This document shows, piece after piece, positions 13,088-26,419 of a stretch of 64,000 nucleotides of DNA. Source of the stretch: Hemiscyllium ocellatum. Its lineage: Eukaryota. Positions within the stretch are counted from its first letter, which is position 1; each line of letters begins with the position of its first letter. The stretch spans positions 74,552,320 to 74,616,319 of the forward strand of contig NC_083412.1 of the NCBI RefSeq assembly GCF_020745735.1, written 5' to 3'. The translations under genes and the position numbers were made by a program. Under the pieces are notes generated by a model. The model did no database searches and was not told the DNA's origin. It saw only the letters and a program-made list of their open reading frames with translations.

Positions 13088-14924
13088 AGTTTTGGTGACT
13101 GTAAATAAAAGATAACCTTTGAAATGTTTTAAATGTTTTCATCTAGGAGATAGTTCCTCAGTGGACAATTATAAGGTGCTGATCTTCAGTGGCCAAAAGG
13201 TACAATGGCTCTGGCAGTTTACAGAAAGTGGGAAGATGGAATGTGACCAAGGACAGGTCAGATGTGTGGCCTGAAAGTTAAAGAGGAGCAAGAAAGTGAA
13301 GATGTATGTGGAGGAAGTGTCAGCAGTGTGCCCTGAACAATCTGGGGTTGGTGCTACTGTGCCATTATGATGCCAGTGAAGGACAATGCCCGACAATGGC
13401 TGCATGATTGAGCCATTATCAAATGTGAGGGATGTCATTGGGACAGGGTATACAGGTAGCAATGATTGTAGCAAAAGGTTTGCTGATTCTCACATTGAGA
13501 AATATTCAATCAAATTGGCACTTAGCCAAACATAAGTAAGATTCAACCCAGTAATATCTTGAAAACTTTCAGAAAAGTAATAGGAGACATTAGCAATAGA
13601 TTTATTTGACTTCAGAGGAAAGACACCTTTAATGCTAATTAACTACTACTCCAGATGGATTAAAGTTTCAAATGTTCATTGCAACTGGGCCAGTGCTTAG
13701 AGCACTGCAACGAGGTTTTGCAATGTGGTGCCCTACAAGAAATAGTTTTGGATAATGGACTTCAATTTGTGAATGAGAATTCAGGATGTTCAATACAGGG
13801 GCTGCATTAAACAAGGTGACAGGTTCTCCACTTCATCCTCCGTTAGATGGAAATGTGGAAAGGGCCATTATTGCCAAGAACGCAGACTTGAAATGAGCAT
13901 TACTCAGCTAGAGACCAGACTCAGGAAACAACAAATATTCACTGGCAGAATTACTGATGGGGAGAAGATTAGAAAACAAAAACACTATTGTTGAGTGGCA
14001 ATCTTAGACTGAATATTGCATCTCAGGACAATGAGAAGGGAAATAAACTGGTAAAAGATCAGAGAAGAAAGTAACAGAAGTGGCATATCTCAAGACATAA
14101 AGCAGCAAGTCTTGACCTTGACAGCAGATCAGAAAATCTGGACATTGGACAGATATGTAGAGGCAACAGCCATCAGAGGAGCAAATTGACCAAGATCAGA
14201 ATTGGATGATACACTTGAAGGAGTGTTTAGCAGAACTAGGAAGGCATTGATTTTACTTGAGCCAAGAAGTGAGGTGGAGTAAGATTACCACAGAATGGTT
14301 GAGCGTTTTCAGGAAAGGTAGGGAATCATCATCCTCATCCTCATGTGGAAATCAAGTGAACCAGATCAGAACAACCATTCAAGGTTTCAGATTTTCTTGA
14401 CTTGTGAGATTTCTGACTTTGGGAGAAGTGGGGAACTGTCAATACAATGTTCATAATAACAAGGTCAATTAGCAATTAAAAACAGATTGCTTCAATTATG
14501 CATAATAAATCAAAGATAAACCTCTTTGTATTGGGACCAGGTGGGGGTGCAGGGAGCGAATGCAATAACGTGTGCAGATAGTAATTATGTGATGATGACA
14601 TCATCAATGGACAGCAATAGAGCAGGGCAGAGTAGATCAGACAGTGGAGTAGGTTGGAATGGGCTTAAGGCACTACATTAGAGAGCTCTACTCAGTAACT
14701 TGCATATGTGTAAGAGTAAATAAAGAGGATTGGCATTAGTGAAGAAAGAGAGGAAGAGCCCTATTTTATGTGACAGACAAATTAGGGATGTTGGAGACAA
14801 AAAAGAGTGACAACCTAAGAAAAAGGGTCCAGCCTCCAAACATATTAACGTAGGTACCAAAATCCAGAGAAACAGGAAATGATACGTTGTGCTCATGAAG
14901 CATTGAGTACACAAATATATTAAG

Positions 14925-15500
14925 TCATGCAGCTGTACAGGACATTGGTTAGGCCAATTTTAGAATATTGCATGCAGTTCGTGTCTCCTTCCTATTGGAA
15001 GGATGTTGTGAAAGTTGAAAGGATTCAGAAAAGATTTACAAGGATGTTTCCAGGATTTGAGCCATAGGGAGAAGCTGAATAGGCTGGGGCTGTTTTCCGT
15101 GGAGTGTCAGAGGCTGAGGGTTGACCTTATAGAGGTTTATAAAATCATGAGGGTCATGGATAGGATAAATAGACAAAGTCTTTTCCCTGGGATGGGGGAG
15201 TCCAGAACTAAAGGGCATAGGTTTAGGGTGAGATATGAAAGATATAAAAGAGACCTAAGGGACAATGTTTTCATGCAGAGGGTGGGTACAGAATGAGCTG
15301 CCAGAGGAACTGATGGAGGCAAGTACAATTGCAACATTTAAAAGGCACTTGGATGGGTCTATGAATAGGAAGGGTTTGGAGGGATATGGGCAGGGTGCTG
15401 GAAAGTGGGATGAGTTTAGGTTGGGATATCTGGTCACCATGGATGAGTTGGACCGAAGGGTCTGCTTCTGTGCTGTACATGTATATGGTTCTATGACTTT
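14925..15500 (+). mobile_element. CR1 (HER1-like) 3' end
   Basis: EKLNRLGLFS..RVDLIEVYKIMR..FKRHLD, with tail GACCGAAGGGTCTG. Confidence 0.9.
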
Positions 15501-15939
15501 ATGCTAGCAGCGGTGTTTACATAAAGCATGGCATAAGCATTAATGGCGATGGGATGAATAAGATGTTATTTCTTATATATATACAGGTAAATACAAACAT
15601 GCAAGAAAATTTCTGTACACTGCAGATCAAGTGTCATGATATGTTATAAAATAGATTTGAAGATAGCATAGTGCTATAGTTGGCAGAGATTATCCATTTG
15701 ATATAGAATCTAGTAAAATTGAAGGTGAGGACATGGAGAAGTTAATCATGATTCTGAAAAGAGGAACAAGAGATGAAGGCATAAATATGAAAATTATATT
15801 GGACAGGTTTGAGCACAGTGAAAGGGATGTTTGATTGAGAAGGAAAAGGAAGACATATTGATCCACTTCCGTAAATGGTGAAATATATCAGAACAGAAAT
15901 AGCAAATAAATACTCCCCTCCTTATTCAGCATACTAGTG

Positions 15940-16100
15940 GGACCCTTCCCTCCACAGCTGCCTGGTTTACTTCTCCATCACCCTCAACAACACCTCCACC
16001 CTATAATTTGCATATAGCAACTTCCCTATCACTCCCTTCCTTCCCATCATCCAGGGCCCCAACAGTTCTTCCAGCTGAATTAACATTCACTTGCATTTCT
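15940..16100 (+). mobile_element. Old PLE RT-endonuclease linker fragment
   Basis: Resembles 43940-44120 (ATCCAGGGCCCCAA..TTCCA..TTCAC). Confidence 0.4.
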
Positions 16101-16654
16101 CAATTCAGAATGAATCTCAAGAAGTCAAACTGGATGGGAATCCCTGCAAAATTGTGATATCCAAGGTGCCCCTGATGTGGCAGTCACATGAATTCCCAGC
16201 AGTCAGCAAAGGAAACAAAATGTCAGTATCAGAGTGTTTTATGGAAATGCAGTGTAACGCTCTACTTCATGGATAGTTTACAAGTTTTAAAGAAAACGCA
16301 AAAAACTCAATGCCATTTTGATCCTACACATTTCTGAAACACTTTCTCTTCTGACAATAGGTCACCACTTGGACTCGTTACAAATAATTGCAAATTATTT
16401 AACAATTAAGATAGCTGATCCAATATTGCCCGGTTCCAAGTTCAATTAATCATAGACATTACTCCGTGAGATTTGATATTCTATTAGTGGGACTGGCTGA
16501 TGGCTTCAACACCACTGGAAGTTTGAGTCATCTGGCTTTGACATTTTGAGATTTCACTGGAATATACCATTCACAATGCGGTTACCTTGGCATCAGAAGG
16601 ACCCAACATGGATAGGGAGATTTGTTCTATCTAAATCAAATACTATTTGCCATT

Positions 16655-16880
16655 GTGGGAAGATGAGAAGAAATGTTTTCACCCAAAGAGTTCCTAGGAT
16701 CTGGAATGCTCAACCTGAAAAGGTGGTGGAAAATGATTGCATAAATAATTTTAAGAAGGCTTCAGACAGCTCTTTGAAGATGAACTTTTTGACAGGGTAA
16801 TAACAATTTCTCTTTCTCAAGTCCAATATTAACATAATCGGCTGCAAGGCTTCATTTTGTGCTGTGCGTTTCTATGATTC
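16655..16880 (+). mobile_element. CR1 3' fragment
   Basis: MRRNVFTQRVPRIWNAQPEKVVE motif followed by tail. Confidence 0.7.
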
Positions 16881-17784
16881 CATAAGTCTTCTTCAGTCAG
16901 TAATGTGTGATTCTGAGCTGCTGGCCTCCCATTATTCTAAGTCTCAGTTCCTTTCCTGTTCAGATCTTTTACTCTCCATACCCTCCTGTGCTGTCCCAAA
17001 GAATCTCAATGGCACCTTGAGGAACAATCCTTTCAGATTTTTTACAATTTGCCAGAATCAATGTCAAGCTCAAAGGTGTAGATAATAACCAATACTTCCA
17101 TTTGTGGGACTCTGTTCTTAAGAAGAATCACTGCAAGTATTGTTAGGCTGGAAGTTTTTAATACAAAAAGACACATACACTGGAATATGAAGCAAATTTA
17201 TTAGCTTGATTTACTTAATATATATTAGAGTCATGTGCAAACTAATGAGTGAATTATTAGCTTAAACTACATAATATACATGTATATACAAAAAAGTGAG
17301 TCTCATGCTGCCTTCTATCCATCAGAGACTTGGTGACTGTGGCGTGTAGAGCTCCGTCTCAGATTCCAAGGCATCAGTTTGCAAACCCCAGCCCAATGGC
17401 AAAAAGTCCATGGTCCCAGACTCACAAACCTGGTCCAATGGGGAAAGTACAATGAGTGGGACAAAGTCCCCTAAATTAATACTATTCTGGTTCTATTCAG
17501 TATGACTATTTCATTGTACTTTCATTGTACCCAGATGTTCCATTGTTCAGAAAACAAGGTGAAAACATCTCCAGGTGGCTCCATGTTAACTACTTAAAAG
17601 AATGGTTCCCATACACACTCAAGCTTATGCAGTTACCTACTAGCCAAAACAGGCTGTTTTTTTTACATCAGGCCTACTATCATACACTTTTCCCCTTCAA
17701 TTGGTCATTGTCATGTCCAATTAACCTTTAGTGATTAATCTCTAATGGTCTGGTTTGAAGATATAATTTTGAAGCCCAACACAA

Positions 17785-17895
17785 CACTGGACCCAAAACG
17801 TTAACTCTGCTTTCTCTCCACAGATGTCACCCGACCTGCTTTCTCCAGACATTCCTGTTTTTATTTCAGATTTTCAGCATTCGCAGTTCTTTGTT
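17785..17895 (+). mobile_element. PLE terminal fragment (family D)
   Basis: ACTGGACCCAAAACGTTAACTCTG..GACCTGCT..TTTCAGATTTTCAGCAT. Confidence 0.6.
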
Positions 17896-19411
17896 TAACA
17901 TTATTTCCACATCTTGGGACAGTAGATTCCCATAATGGCTCTGCCTTGCATCCTCTCCTCTTGCCTCTCTCCTGCTTCTTTGCTTAATGTCAAATCTGGT
18001 CCATCAGTGACATGTTTCAGTTTTGGCAACAGATCACCACGCTGAAATGTTGACACTTTGTGAATGCCTAACTTATTCAAATTTCGTTTACTTAAACAGT
18101 GGTAAAATTGAGCTGAGATATTCCCTGTGTATAGATACTGCTTTGTTTCTAAATAACTACTTATATTTCTCACATTGACGGCATTTTGCCTTCATCCTGA
18201 TTTGTTGAAAGTGAGTGCGTGGACGTCAAATGTAGAGTCCACTTTAAACAATAAGTGGTGACGTAGCCAAATACACATTATACATGTAAAAATGTCTAAC
18301 ATTATACGAACTGTAATAAAGTGGAAGTATTCATCGAGGAATCTGAAGTGCATCTCCAGCATAACAAATGTTCTCTGAATCCCAATGCAGGTAGAGGTTT
18401 GCAGCTGAGTAAATTGCTTCTCATGAGGTGTCTTATAAATTGAAGAGTAGAATCATCAACTCAAACATTATCTATCAGCTCCTCTTGTAGGCTCAGATCT
18501 ACAGTGAAGGGTACAGAGCTGAAAGAACTGTGTAGTGAATGGGTAATCACTCAACATTTGTATGAAGGTACTCTATGCATTGCAAATTACCTATGATCAT
18601 TGAATGGATTTCTTTAATGTTGTCAATAGCTGTTGAAAAGACAGGTATACAGTCTTGCATTTATGGATGCTTAGGAAACCAATGATATCAATTTTTTTTT
18701 AGTCTTTCATTCTTGATATTTATAGGTTACCGCAACACAAATACAACTTACTTTATAGATATGTGCAGTTACCATTTGCAATTGCAATTATACATTTTAC
18801 TCGATTCTTGCGTATTATTTAATTGCAGCCTGAGGAGAAACAGTGGTATTGATGTGTAGTCTAATAAAAAAGGCAACGACTCACTTTAGAAATGTTATAT
18901 CATACCATATATAATTAATTACCATATGAATACACTATATAACCAGTGTAGTCATAAATCCAAAGTCTGGAAACATGAGGCGCTCAAAATTGTTTCGAAA
19001 AAATCCAAGCAACTCATGAAAAGAGCAGCATTAAACTATTTGAGGTTACAAAACCATTAAATCTCTCTCTATACACTGTCTCTGCTGAATGTGTCTCTCT
19101 GTCAGTCTATTTCTCCACACGTCTCAGGGCCTATGTCTCAGTCTCTCGTTCTCTCTCTCAAACTCTTCTCCATCTTGCGTTTTCTTGATTTCAGATTTAA
19201 ATCTTTCAGATTGAGCATGTGAAACAATGAAATAGAGTACAGAATAAGTAAAGTAATTTCTATTCCCAATTTGTTTCACAATTTTAAGTTTCAGGTCAAT
19301 TTTTATATCTATCTTGTTTTCTATTTTAAATACTTGTGGTTCGTTATTCTAATGTTATTCCCTAACCCAGAAAACTCTGAAACCCAACAATGAATTGGTA
19401 CCTGGTGTTGT

Positions 19412-19536
19412 GGCAAAAGTGAGGACTGCAGATGTTGGAGATCAGAGGCTAGATTAGAGTGGTGCTGGAAAAGCACAGCAAGTAAGACAGTGTCTGAGGA
19501 GCAGGTAAATCGATGTTTCAGGCAGGAGCCCTTCCT
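19412..19536 (-). mobile_element. PLE terminal fragment (family A, tailed)
   Basis: AAAGTGAGGACTGCAGATG..AAAGCACAGCA..CGATGTTTCAGGCAGGAGCCCTTC. Confidence 0.75.
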
Positions 19537-22500
19537 GCCTTTGTGGATGAGAGAGCTAATAGTGTGCTTCATTGATTGTTGGACATCCTAAGGCAATGAA
19601 AGGGGGCTTATAAATGCTAATGCTTTCACAGAAAATGGTTATATTTAGTACTTCTGCTAATAAGTATAATGACAGACTCACAACCTAATAAATTTCTACG
19701 TCTAGATATAATTTCTCCTCTGGATTTTCTCTAGCTATGTGTTTAAATTTAGCCATAATTATATAGAAAAATGAACCTTTACTATTGGAGGTGACATTTG
19801 CTCTAAAATCTCTCGATTTCACCATGTAATATCCTAGGGGTTGCTTACTGAGGCACACTGGTGTTATGATGTGAAAAGTAGAAGATGCATCCCACATGAA
19901 CCACCTCATCCAGTACAAGAACTGAAATTGTGCTGTTGGCAACATTAAGAGTCAAACTAATAAGCAATTGAGTTAACCAGCCCCTTTTGGTTACAAATCA
20001 ACTGACTATTATTTCACAATTTTATAATGACTGAAAATTTTGAGATTGAAATATAAAATCATTCTCACATGCTCTAAATCATTAGTGGTTTCTCTCAGGC
20101 AATGATTCCTTTTAAGCATATATTTCAAAACTGAATTACAAACACAGCAAAGTACTCCTGCAGGGAGGTTGATCACAAACATGTCACTGGCTCATTCAGT
20201 GATGACTTGATGTACTATACCTCTGAACAAATGATGTTTTAGTCATTAGAACTGGGCAATTGAGAAGTATGGAATTTACTGCTGAGCCCCACATCAGGTA
20301 ATAGCATTTTATTTATAAGCTGTGACTTTTCAGGTCAGTCAAAGCAAACTTGAGGCCAAAATTATTCCTTACGATAAATTTACTGAAAAATAAATGCAAG
20401 AAAGAAGTGATTGAATTTGTAGAGTAAGCACTAATGGACTATTCATCAGTATTCAGCACTATTCTGAGGAGTCCTTCATTTCCAAGAACCCATTAACCCA
20501 CAGCAAAATAGTTGGAATAAAAATAATTTATTCTTCCTATGGGCCAATCATGGAAAATTGGTATAAATTGCTCAGCACTACAAGCCATAGTAAAGGTGAA
20601 TATTTCCTACTACACTCTATTTGCAATAATTATTGATAATTTGTGAATTTAAAATCATAAGACACTTTTAAAAGTGTGTAGTACAGAGGTTTTTCTGCAA
20701 TAGAAGTGTGTGGTCAGGTTACTATTGAGGTAGCAAGGTTACACAATTTGTGCGTTTACCAAAGCAACGACTTTTGTTTTCCCAATACCTACACAGAGGG
20801 AGTTTTGGCTTTTCCAAGAATGGAAGTTGGATGAGATGACTGGGTTTGGCAACACCATGGTGGTGTTGAGAGAAGTAACAGAGTGTAAGGGTTGGAAGTC
20901 ATCCAAAGTGCTAATAAAAGCTGATTTTATCTCTTTGGATAATCAAGCAGCATCAAACAGACAGGAAATAATGTGACTGCCATTGGTTGCCAGTTGTTTT
21001 GGTGGAAAATGGCAACTGGTGACAAAACACTTCCAGCATAGAATCAGGACACTTCACCTAACAGATCCATGATTGTGGTTTAGGTTTCATGTAAGCCTTT
21101 ATAGAAACCTCTTGCTAATCATTAACTGTACTCTGTTCCCTTAATGTATCATTTTCCTCCTTTATCCATAGCTCCTCCTCAAACATCTTAACTCCACCTC
21201 AAGATGGGGAGCTCCAGACTCCAACTGTCCTCTGCTTAAATAAATTTCTCTTGAATTCCCTACTGAATTTATTCATCACTTATAGATCCTAGTTTTGGTC
21301 TCATCCACAAGTTCCTTATCAATTCCCTTCACAGTTATGTTGGATTACATAGGATACATGGCATAGACATAAACTATTGGGCTTATTGGGCTCATTTTAG
21401 TGATTATTTTCCACTTAAGCCTCCTCTCTCTTTTTCTCATTTAAATCTACTATTATAAGCATCTCCTCTCATTTACCTCAGCAGGCCTGGCAGCATTTAT
21501 TCAGAGAGAAACAGAGTTGTCATTTCAACCTTAAAATGACTGTTCTTCAGAATTGAAGACAGAGGTGGAAAGATAATGGGTTTTATGCTGCAAAACAAGT
21601 GGGAATGAGCAAGTGAAACAGAGGGACAATCAGGAAAATGTTAGAAACAAGGAAGTTTTAGAGGTCACCCAGCCACCCCACACCATTCCCACAGTGTCTA
21701 GTTTTCTTGGTATTGTATACACTATAGCTGACCTATATTCTGCTATTAATATCTATTACTAACATCTTCACTGGACCTGTCTTGCTTCCCTATAACTATG
21801 ACTGCTTCCTTTGCCTTTTATTCTTTAACAACTGTGCCCAGGATCACAATGATATCCAGAAGCTCCCACATTCTCCCGGGTGTAACTTGTCAACTGCCTT
21901 GCCATCTTTATTGTGTGTTAATTAGTTCATTATTTTAATTAACTTCTAATTATTAAATGCTAAACCTAGATTCAGTTTAGGATTGCTAGTAAAATCTAAC
22001 AAGAATAATAAACAGCTTACAATTATTATTGGCAAAAGTCATTAATGACTTTTAAAAAGAAATTATACCTTTTCAATATCAATATTATACACACAGCACT
22101 TAACACAGTTGTTCATGTGATTCATTCAGCTAACAACCCACAACTCTCTTCTGCTGTTACTGTGTGATTTTTCCCAGTTGGGTGTTCTTCAGAAGCTAGA
22201 GCTGTAAACCCAACGGACTTAAGAGCCCTGATCTCAATTTATTCTCTCCTAAACATTTCACATTCCCTTTCACGTTCTTTTTATGTATTGTAAATGAACT
22301 TATTACAGGCCTTTTCCTTAATGGCAATTTTGTAATTACCTTGTAATTACTGGCTGGTATTTTTCTTGCTTTTTAGAGGGATATTTTTCACCTGGATTCG
22401 ATTAAATGCTGGACTTCTCTTGGTTTGCCTGTAAATGTTTCAATTTTATTTGCCCTTGTTCCTTTCACATTCCCTTAGCATCACTTTTATCCTAATTTAT

Positions 22501-22651
22501 TATGTTTCCCTATACTTACTTCTTGTAACTGATCAGAATCATTTCCCATTACCACATCCAGAAGTATTACAGTTCTTGTCAGATATTATACATACATACT
22601 GGTAATATTGAAATCGCACGCAATAACATTCATGCCACAGTAGGTAGCTGG

Positions 22652-22864
22652 TATAGGTCATTCTGCTATAATGCACATTTTGTTAATGCCACTTCGTTAT
22701 AACACAATTGACAAACTTTTTCTAAAGCGTAAAGTTTTGAAGTGTTTATTGATTGCTACACACTTCTGGTGCCATTAGTTTAAACAGTTATGCTGTTACG
22801 TGATCTTTTAATAACAGGGGGTTGCATGAGAACGAACCATCGTGTTATAGCAGAACCAAGCGTA
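22652..22864. mobile_element. Tigger-like MITE (same family as 7224-7458)
   Basis: TIRs TTCTGCTATAA / TTATAGCAGAA with TA flanks. Confidence 0.65.
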
Positions 22865-23596
22865 ACATAAACGGAGATTGCAAGTGTTCTTTTAGATATC
22901 TAAAAGGAAAGAGAGAGAGGCAAGAGTAGACATTGTATGGCTGGAAAAGGAGGCTGAAAAGGTACTAATGGGAACGCAGAAATGGCGGAGGATCTGAATA
23001 GGAATTTTGCATCAGTTTTCACAGTGGAAGACACCAGCAGTCTACCAGAACTTCAAGACAAGCAGGGGGCAGAGGTGAGTGTAGTGGCTATCATTAAGGA
23101 GAAAGTGCTGGAGAAGCTGAAAGGTCCAAATGTGGATAAATCACCCAGACTAGATAAACTGCACCTCAGAGGTCTGAAGGAAATAACTGAGGAGATCGAT
23201 GGTACCTTTCAGGAATCACTGGAGTCAGGAAGAGTTCTAGAGGACTGGCAAATACCTAATGGAACACCCCTGTTTAAGAAGTGAGGGAAGCAGAAGACAG
23301 GAAACTATAAGCTGGTTAACCTGACCTCAGTTATTATTTAGAATCTATTATGAAGAATGAGATTGCAGAGTACTTGGAAGTGCATGGTGAAATAGGGCTT
23401 AATCAACATGGTTTCATCAAGAGGGCCCATACCTGACAAATCTGTTAGTATTCTTTAGGAGTAATGAGCAAGTTAAGCAAAGGAGAGTCAGTAGATATCA
23501 TCTATTTGGCCTTTGAAAAGGTGCTGCACAAGAGGCAACTAAATAAACTAGAAGTCCTTGGTGTTAGGGGCAAAGTACTGGTGTGGATAGAGGATT

Positions 23597-23816
23597 CAAG
23601 AAGTGTAGCACTGGAAAAACACAGCAGGTCAGGCAGCAACTGAGGAACAGGAAAGTTGACATTTTGGGTATAAGCCCTTCATCAGAAATATGTGTCCCCA
23701 CATTCCTGATGGACAGCTTATACCCAAAACGTCTGCTGTCTCTGTTCCTGGGCTTTTCCAACACCACATTTTTTGACTCTGATTCTAGCATTAGCAGTCC
23801 TCACTTTCTCTTTTCA
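23597..23816. mobile_element. PLE family A inverted hairpin insertion
   Basis: Inverted arms around CCCTTCATCAG..CCTGATGG; TSD ATAGAGGATT at 23587-23596 and 23817-23826. Confidence 0.85.
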
Positions 23817-24142
23817 ATAGAGGATTGGCTGACTGGCAGAAGGCAGAGAGTAGAGATAAAAGGGTATTTTTTTCAGAAAGGCAGCGAATGACAAGTGATG
23901 TTCTGCAGGGGTCTGTGTTGAGACCACAACGATTCACATTATACATGAACGAGCTGGATGAAGGAACTTATGGCATTTGCAGATGGCACAAAGGTATGTG
24001 GAGGGACAGGTAGTGTTGAGGCAGCAGAGAGGCTGCAGAAAGATTTGGACAGGCTAGGAGAGTGAGCAAAGAAGTAGCAGAAGTACTACAATATGGGAAA
24101 AGATGTGGATGTGCACTTTGGTAGAAAGAATAGAGGCATAGC

Positions 24143-24351
24143 TGAAAATGTGTTGCTGGAAAAGCACAGCAGGTCAGGCAGCATCCAAGGAGCAGGAGAA
24201 TCGATGTCTCGGGCATGAGCCCTTCTTCAGGAAGGGCTCATACCCGAAACGTCGATTCTCCTGCTCTTTGGATGCTGCCTAACCTGCTGCACTTTTCCAG
24301 CAACACATTTTCAGCTCTGATCTCCAGCATCTGCAGTCCTCACTTTCTCCT
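24143..24351. mobile_element. PLE family A inverted hairpin insertion
   Basis: About 85 bp near-perfect arms; TSD AGAATAGAGGCATAGC at 24127-24142 and 24352-24367. Confidence 0.92.
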
Positions 24352-25099
24352 AGAATAGAGGCATAGCCTACTTTCTAAAAAGGGAAAGCCTTTGGATATC
24401 TGAAGTCCTGGTTCAGGATTCACTTAAGATTAGCATGCAAATTCAGTTGACAATGAGGAAGGAAAATGCAATTTTAGAATTCATTTCAAGAGGGCTACAA
24501 TAGCAGAGTTGCATTGCTGAAGCTGTATAAGGCTCTAGTCTGAGCACATTTGAAATATTGTGAGCAGTTTTGGGCCCCCTATCTAAGGAAAGACATTCTA
24601 GTGTTGAAGAGGGTTCAGAAGAGGTTTACAAGAATGATCCCAAGGATGAAGGCCTTGTTCCTATGTGGAGCGATTGTGGATTCTGGATCTTTACTAGATG
24701 AAGTTTAGAAGAATGAAGGGGGCAGGATCTGACTGAAACTTACAGAAGACTGAGAGGCCTATATAGCTTGGATGTGGAGAAAAAGTTTCTATTAGTAGGA
24801 GAGACCATGGCCAAAGGGCACAGCCTCAGAGTGAAGGGAGTACCCTTTAGAACTGAGATAAGGACAAGTTTTTTCATCCAAAGTGTGTTTAATCTGTGGA
24901 ACTCATTGCTGGAGGCCAAGTTGTTGAATGTCTTTAAGACAAAGATAGATAGGTTCTTGATTAGTAAGGGATCTAGGGATAGTTAGAATGGAGGAGAATG
25001 GGGTTGAGAAATTTATCAGCCATGATTGAATGGTTCAGCAAACTCAATGGGCCGACTGGTCTAATGCTTATATCCTATAAGGTCTAATAGCTGAATCTC

Positions 25100-25660
25100 C
25101 CACAATCAACAACTAGGGGACTGTCAGAAACTGAATTGAACTGGCCACGTAACTATGTGTACAAAAACAGGTCAGAGAATAGGAATTCTGCAGGAAATAA
25201 CTCATCTTCTGCCAATTACAAGACCTATGTGTAATGGAACACTCCACTTGTCTGAATGGATATAGCTTCAACATTGCTCAAAAGGTTCAGTCTTCTCTAT
25301 GACAAGGACCAACATGAAGCAGCAGCGTTGAGTGCAAGATGGACCTAGTAACTCACCAAGATTCCATTAACACCAAGTTACAAATTAAGGGGGTTCTACC
25401 TTAGAAGGACTAGAGCATCAGATTCATAGGAGCAAGCACTGCAAATTCCCTTCTAGGTCATACACCATCCTGACTTGGAAATATATCACCATTCTGTCAT
25501 TGTCACTGGGTCAAAATCTTAGAACTCCCTTCTAATAGCACTGCGGGTGCCCCTTTGTCTGGTACTGGTACTACATCAGCACTTTACTTGGTTCAAGCGA
25601 CAGATCACCACCACCTCCCCCAGGGCAGTTAGGCAAGAAATGTTGGCCTAACCAGCAATG
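25100..25660 (+). mobile_element. L2/CR1-group LINE 3' remnant
   Basis: Homologous to 1420-1965 (CACCATCCTGACTTGGAAATAT; GGGCAGTTAGG tail). Confidence 0.65.
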
Positions 25661-26419
25661 CTGACTTATGTTATGAGAAGTAATCTCATGAGTGAATGTA
25701 AAATAATTGTATTATGAAATTGCTATTCCTTTCACACCTTTTAGCATCTCTTGTCCATTTATTTTGTGGTGGTGGGGAAGCAATTAAAATCACCCACAAT
25801 TATATGTCCTTCCATCATTTGCTTAGATATTTCTCACTCCACCGTTGGATAATTTCAGGTGGTGGCATGTCATAGGTCATTCACGGTCACTACTGGGCCA
25901 ACGTGCATTATTACATCCAAGTTATATTTTGGAGTTTTGATAATGATGGCAGAGGGTCCAACTTTCTTTCCATTGCATGGCTGACCAGAGACCTGGTTTT
26001 CCCATCCCACATGCCATTATTCAGTGTTGGAAGAATTTGCGGGTTGGGCACCCTTTCTGTTTGGCCATATTACAAACACACTTTCCTTTACTGTTAAGCC
26101 CTGGGAAGGCTTAAGCTCAGACTTTGCTGTTCAAAACAAGAGGTTCCACCCACTGCAACATAAAACATCCCCAGGTTAGATAGTCTAGCCTACATTCCTT
26201 TGACTAGATCTTTCTTCTTCTTTTATTTCAATATTGATGGAATGTGTTTCCCATCTTCAGTTGATAAAGTCCCTTAATCTTTTACCATTGTTATCTTTAA
26301 TTAGTACAATTGACCAATCTCCTTCTTCCTTTCCATCACTTTTTATTACATCATAATCTGTAAATTTTACTTTTGCCAGTTCTGGTACTTATATGGTCAT
26401 GTTTCAGTTTTTCTTACTA

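Larger units (their letters stand above)
11890..14435 (+). mobile_element. Gypsy-type LTR retrotransposon remnant (gag plus integrase, internally deleted)
   Basis: About 12080-12420 gag-like FEALIKVFNAYFN..ERMRFN..IIVGIA..LEQAIQ; about 13590-13850 integrase LAIDLFDFRGK..NYYSRWIKV..EIVLDNGLQF; PPT-like GGGAGAAGTGGGG near 14421. Confidence 0.65.
22865..25080 (+). mobile_element. CR1 LINE RT-3' remnant with two PLE hairpin insertions
   Basis: FASVFTVED, DKSP, WQIPNGTPLFKK, QHGF, VLQGSVL, WNSL motifs and CR1 tail. Confidence 0.88.

Noticed and set aside
24143-24351. DNA-transposon MITE or CRISPR-like repeat interpretation of the recurring AAAGCACAGCAGGTCAGGCAGCATC motif
   Set aside because: The copies are dispersed, have variable TSD lengths and unequal arms, and are identical to the terminus of the RT/GIY-YIG element at 41543-44728.
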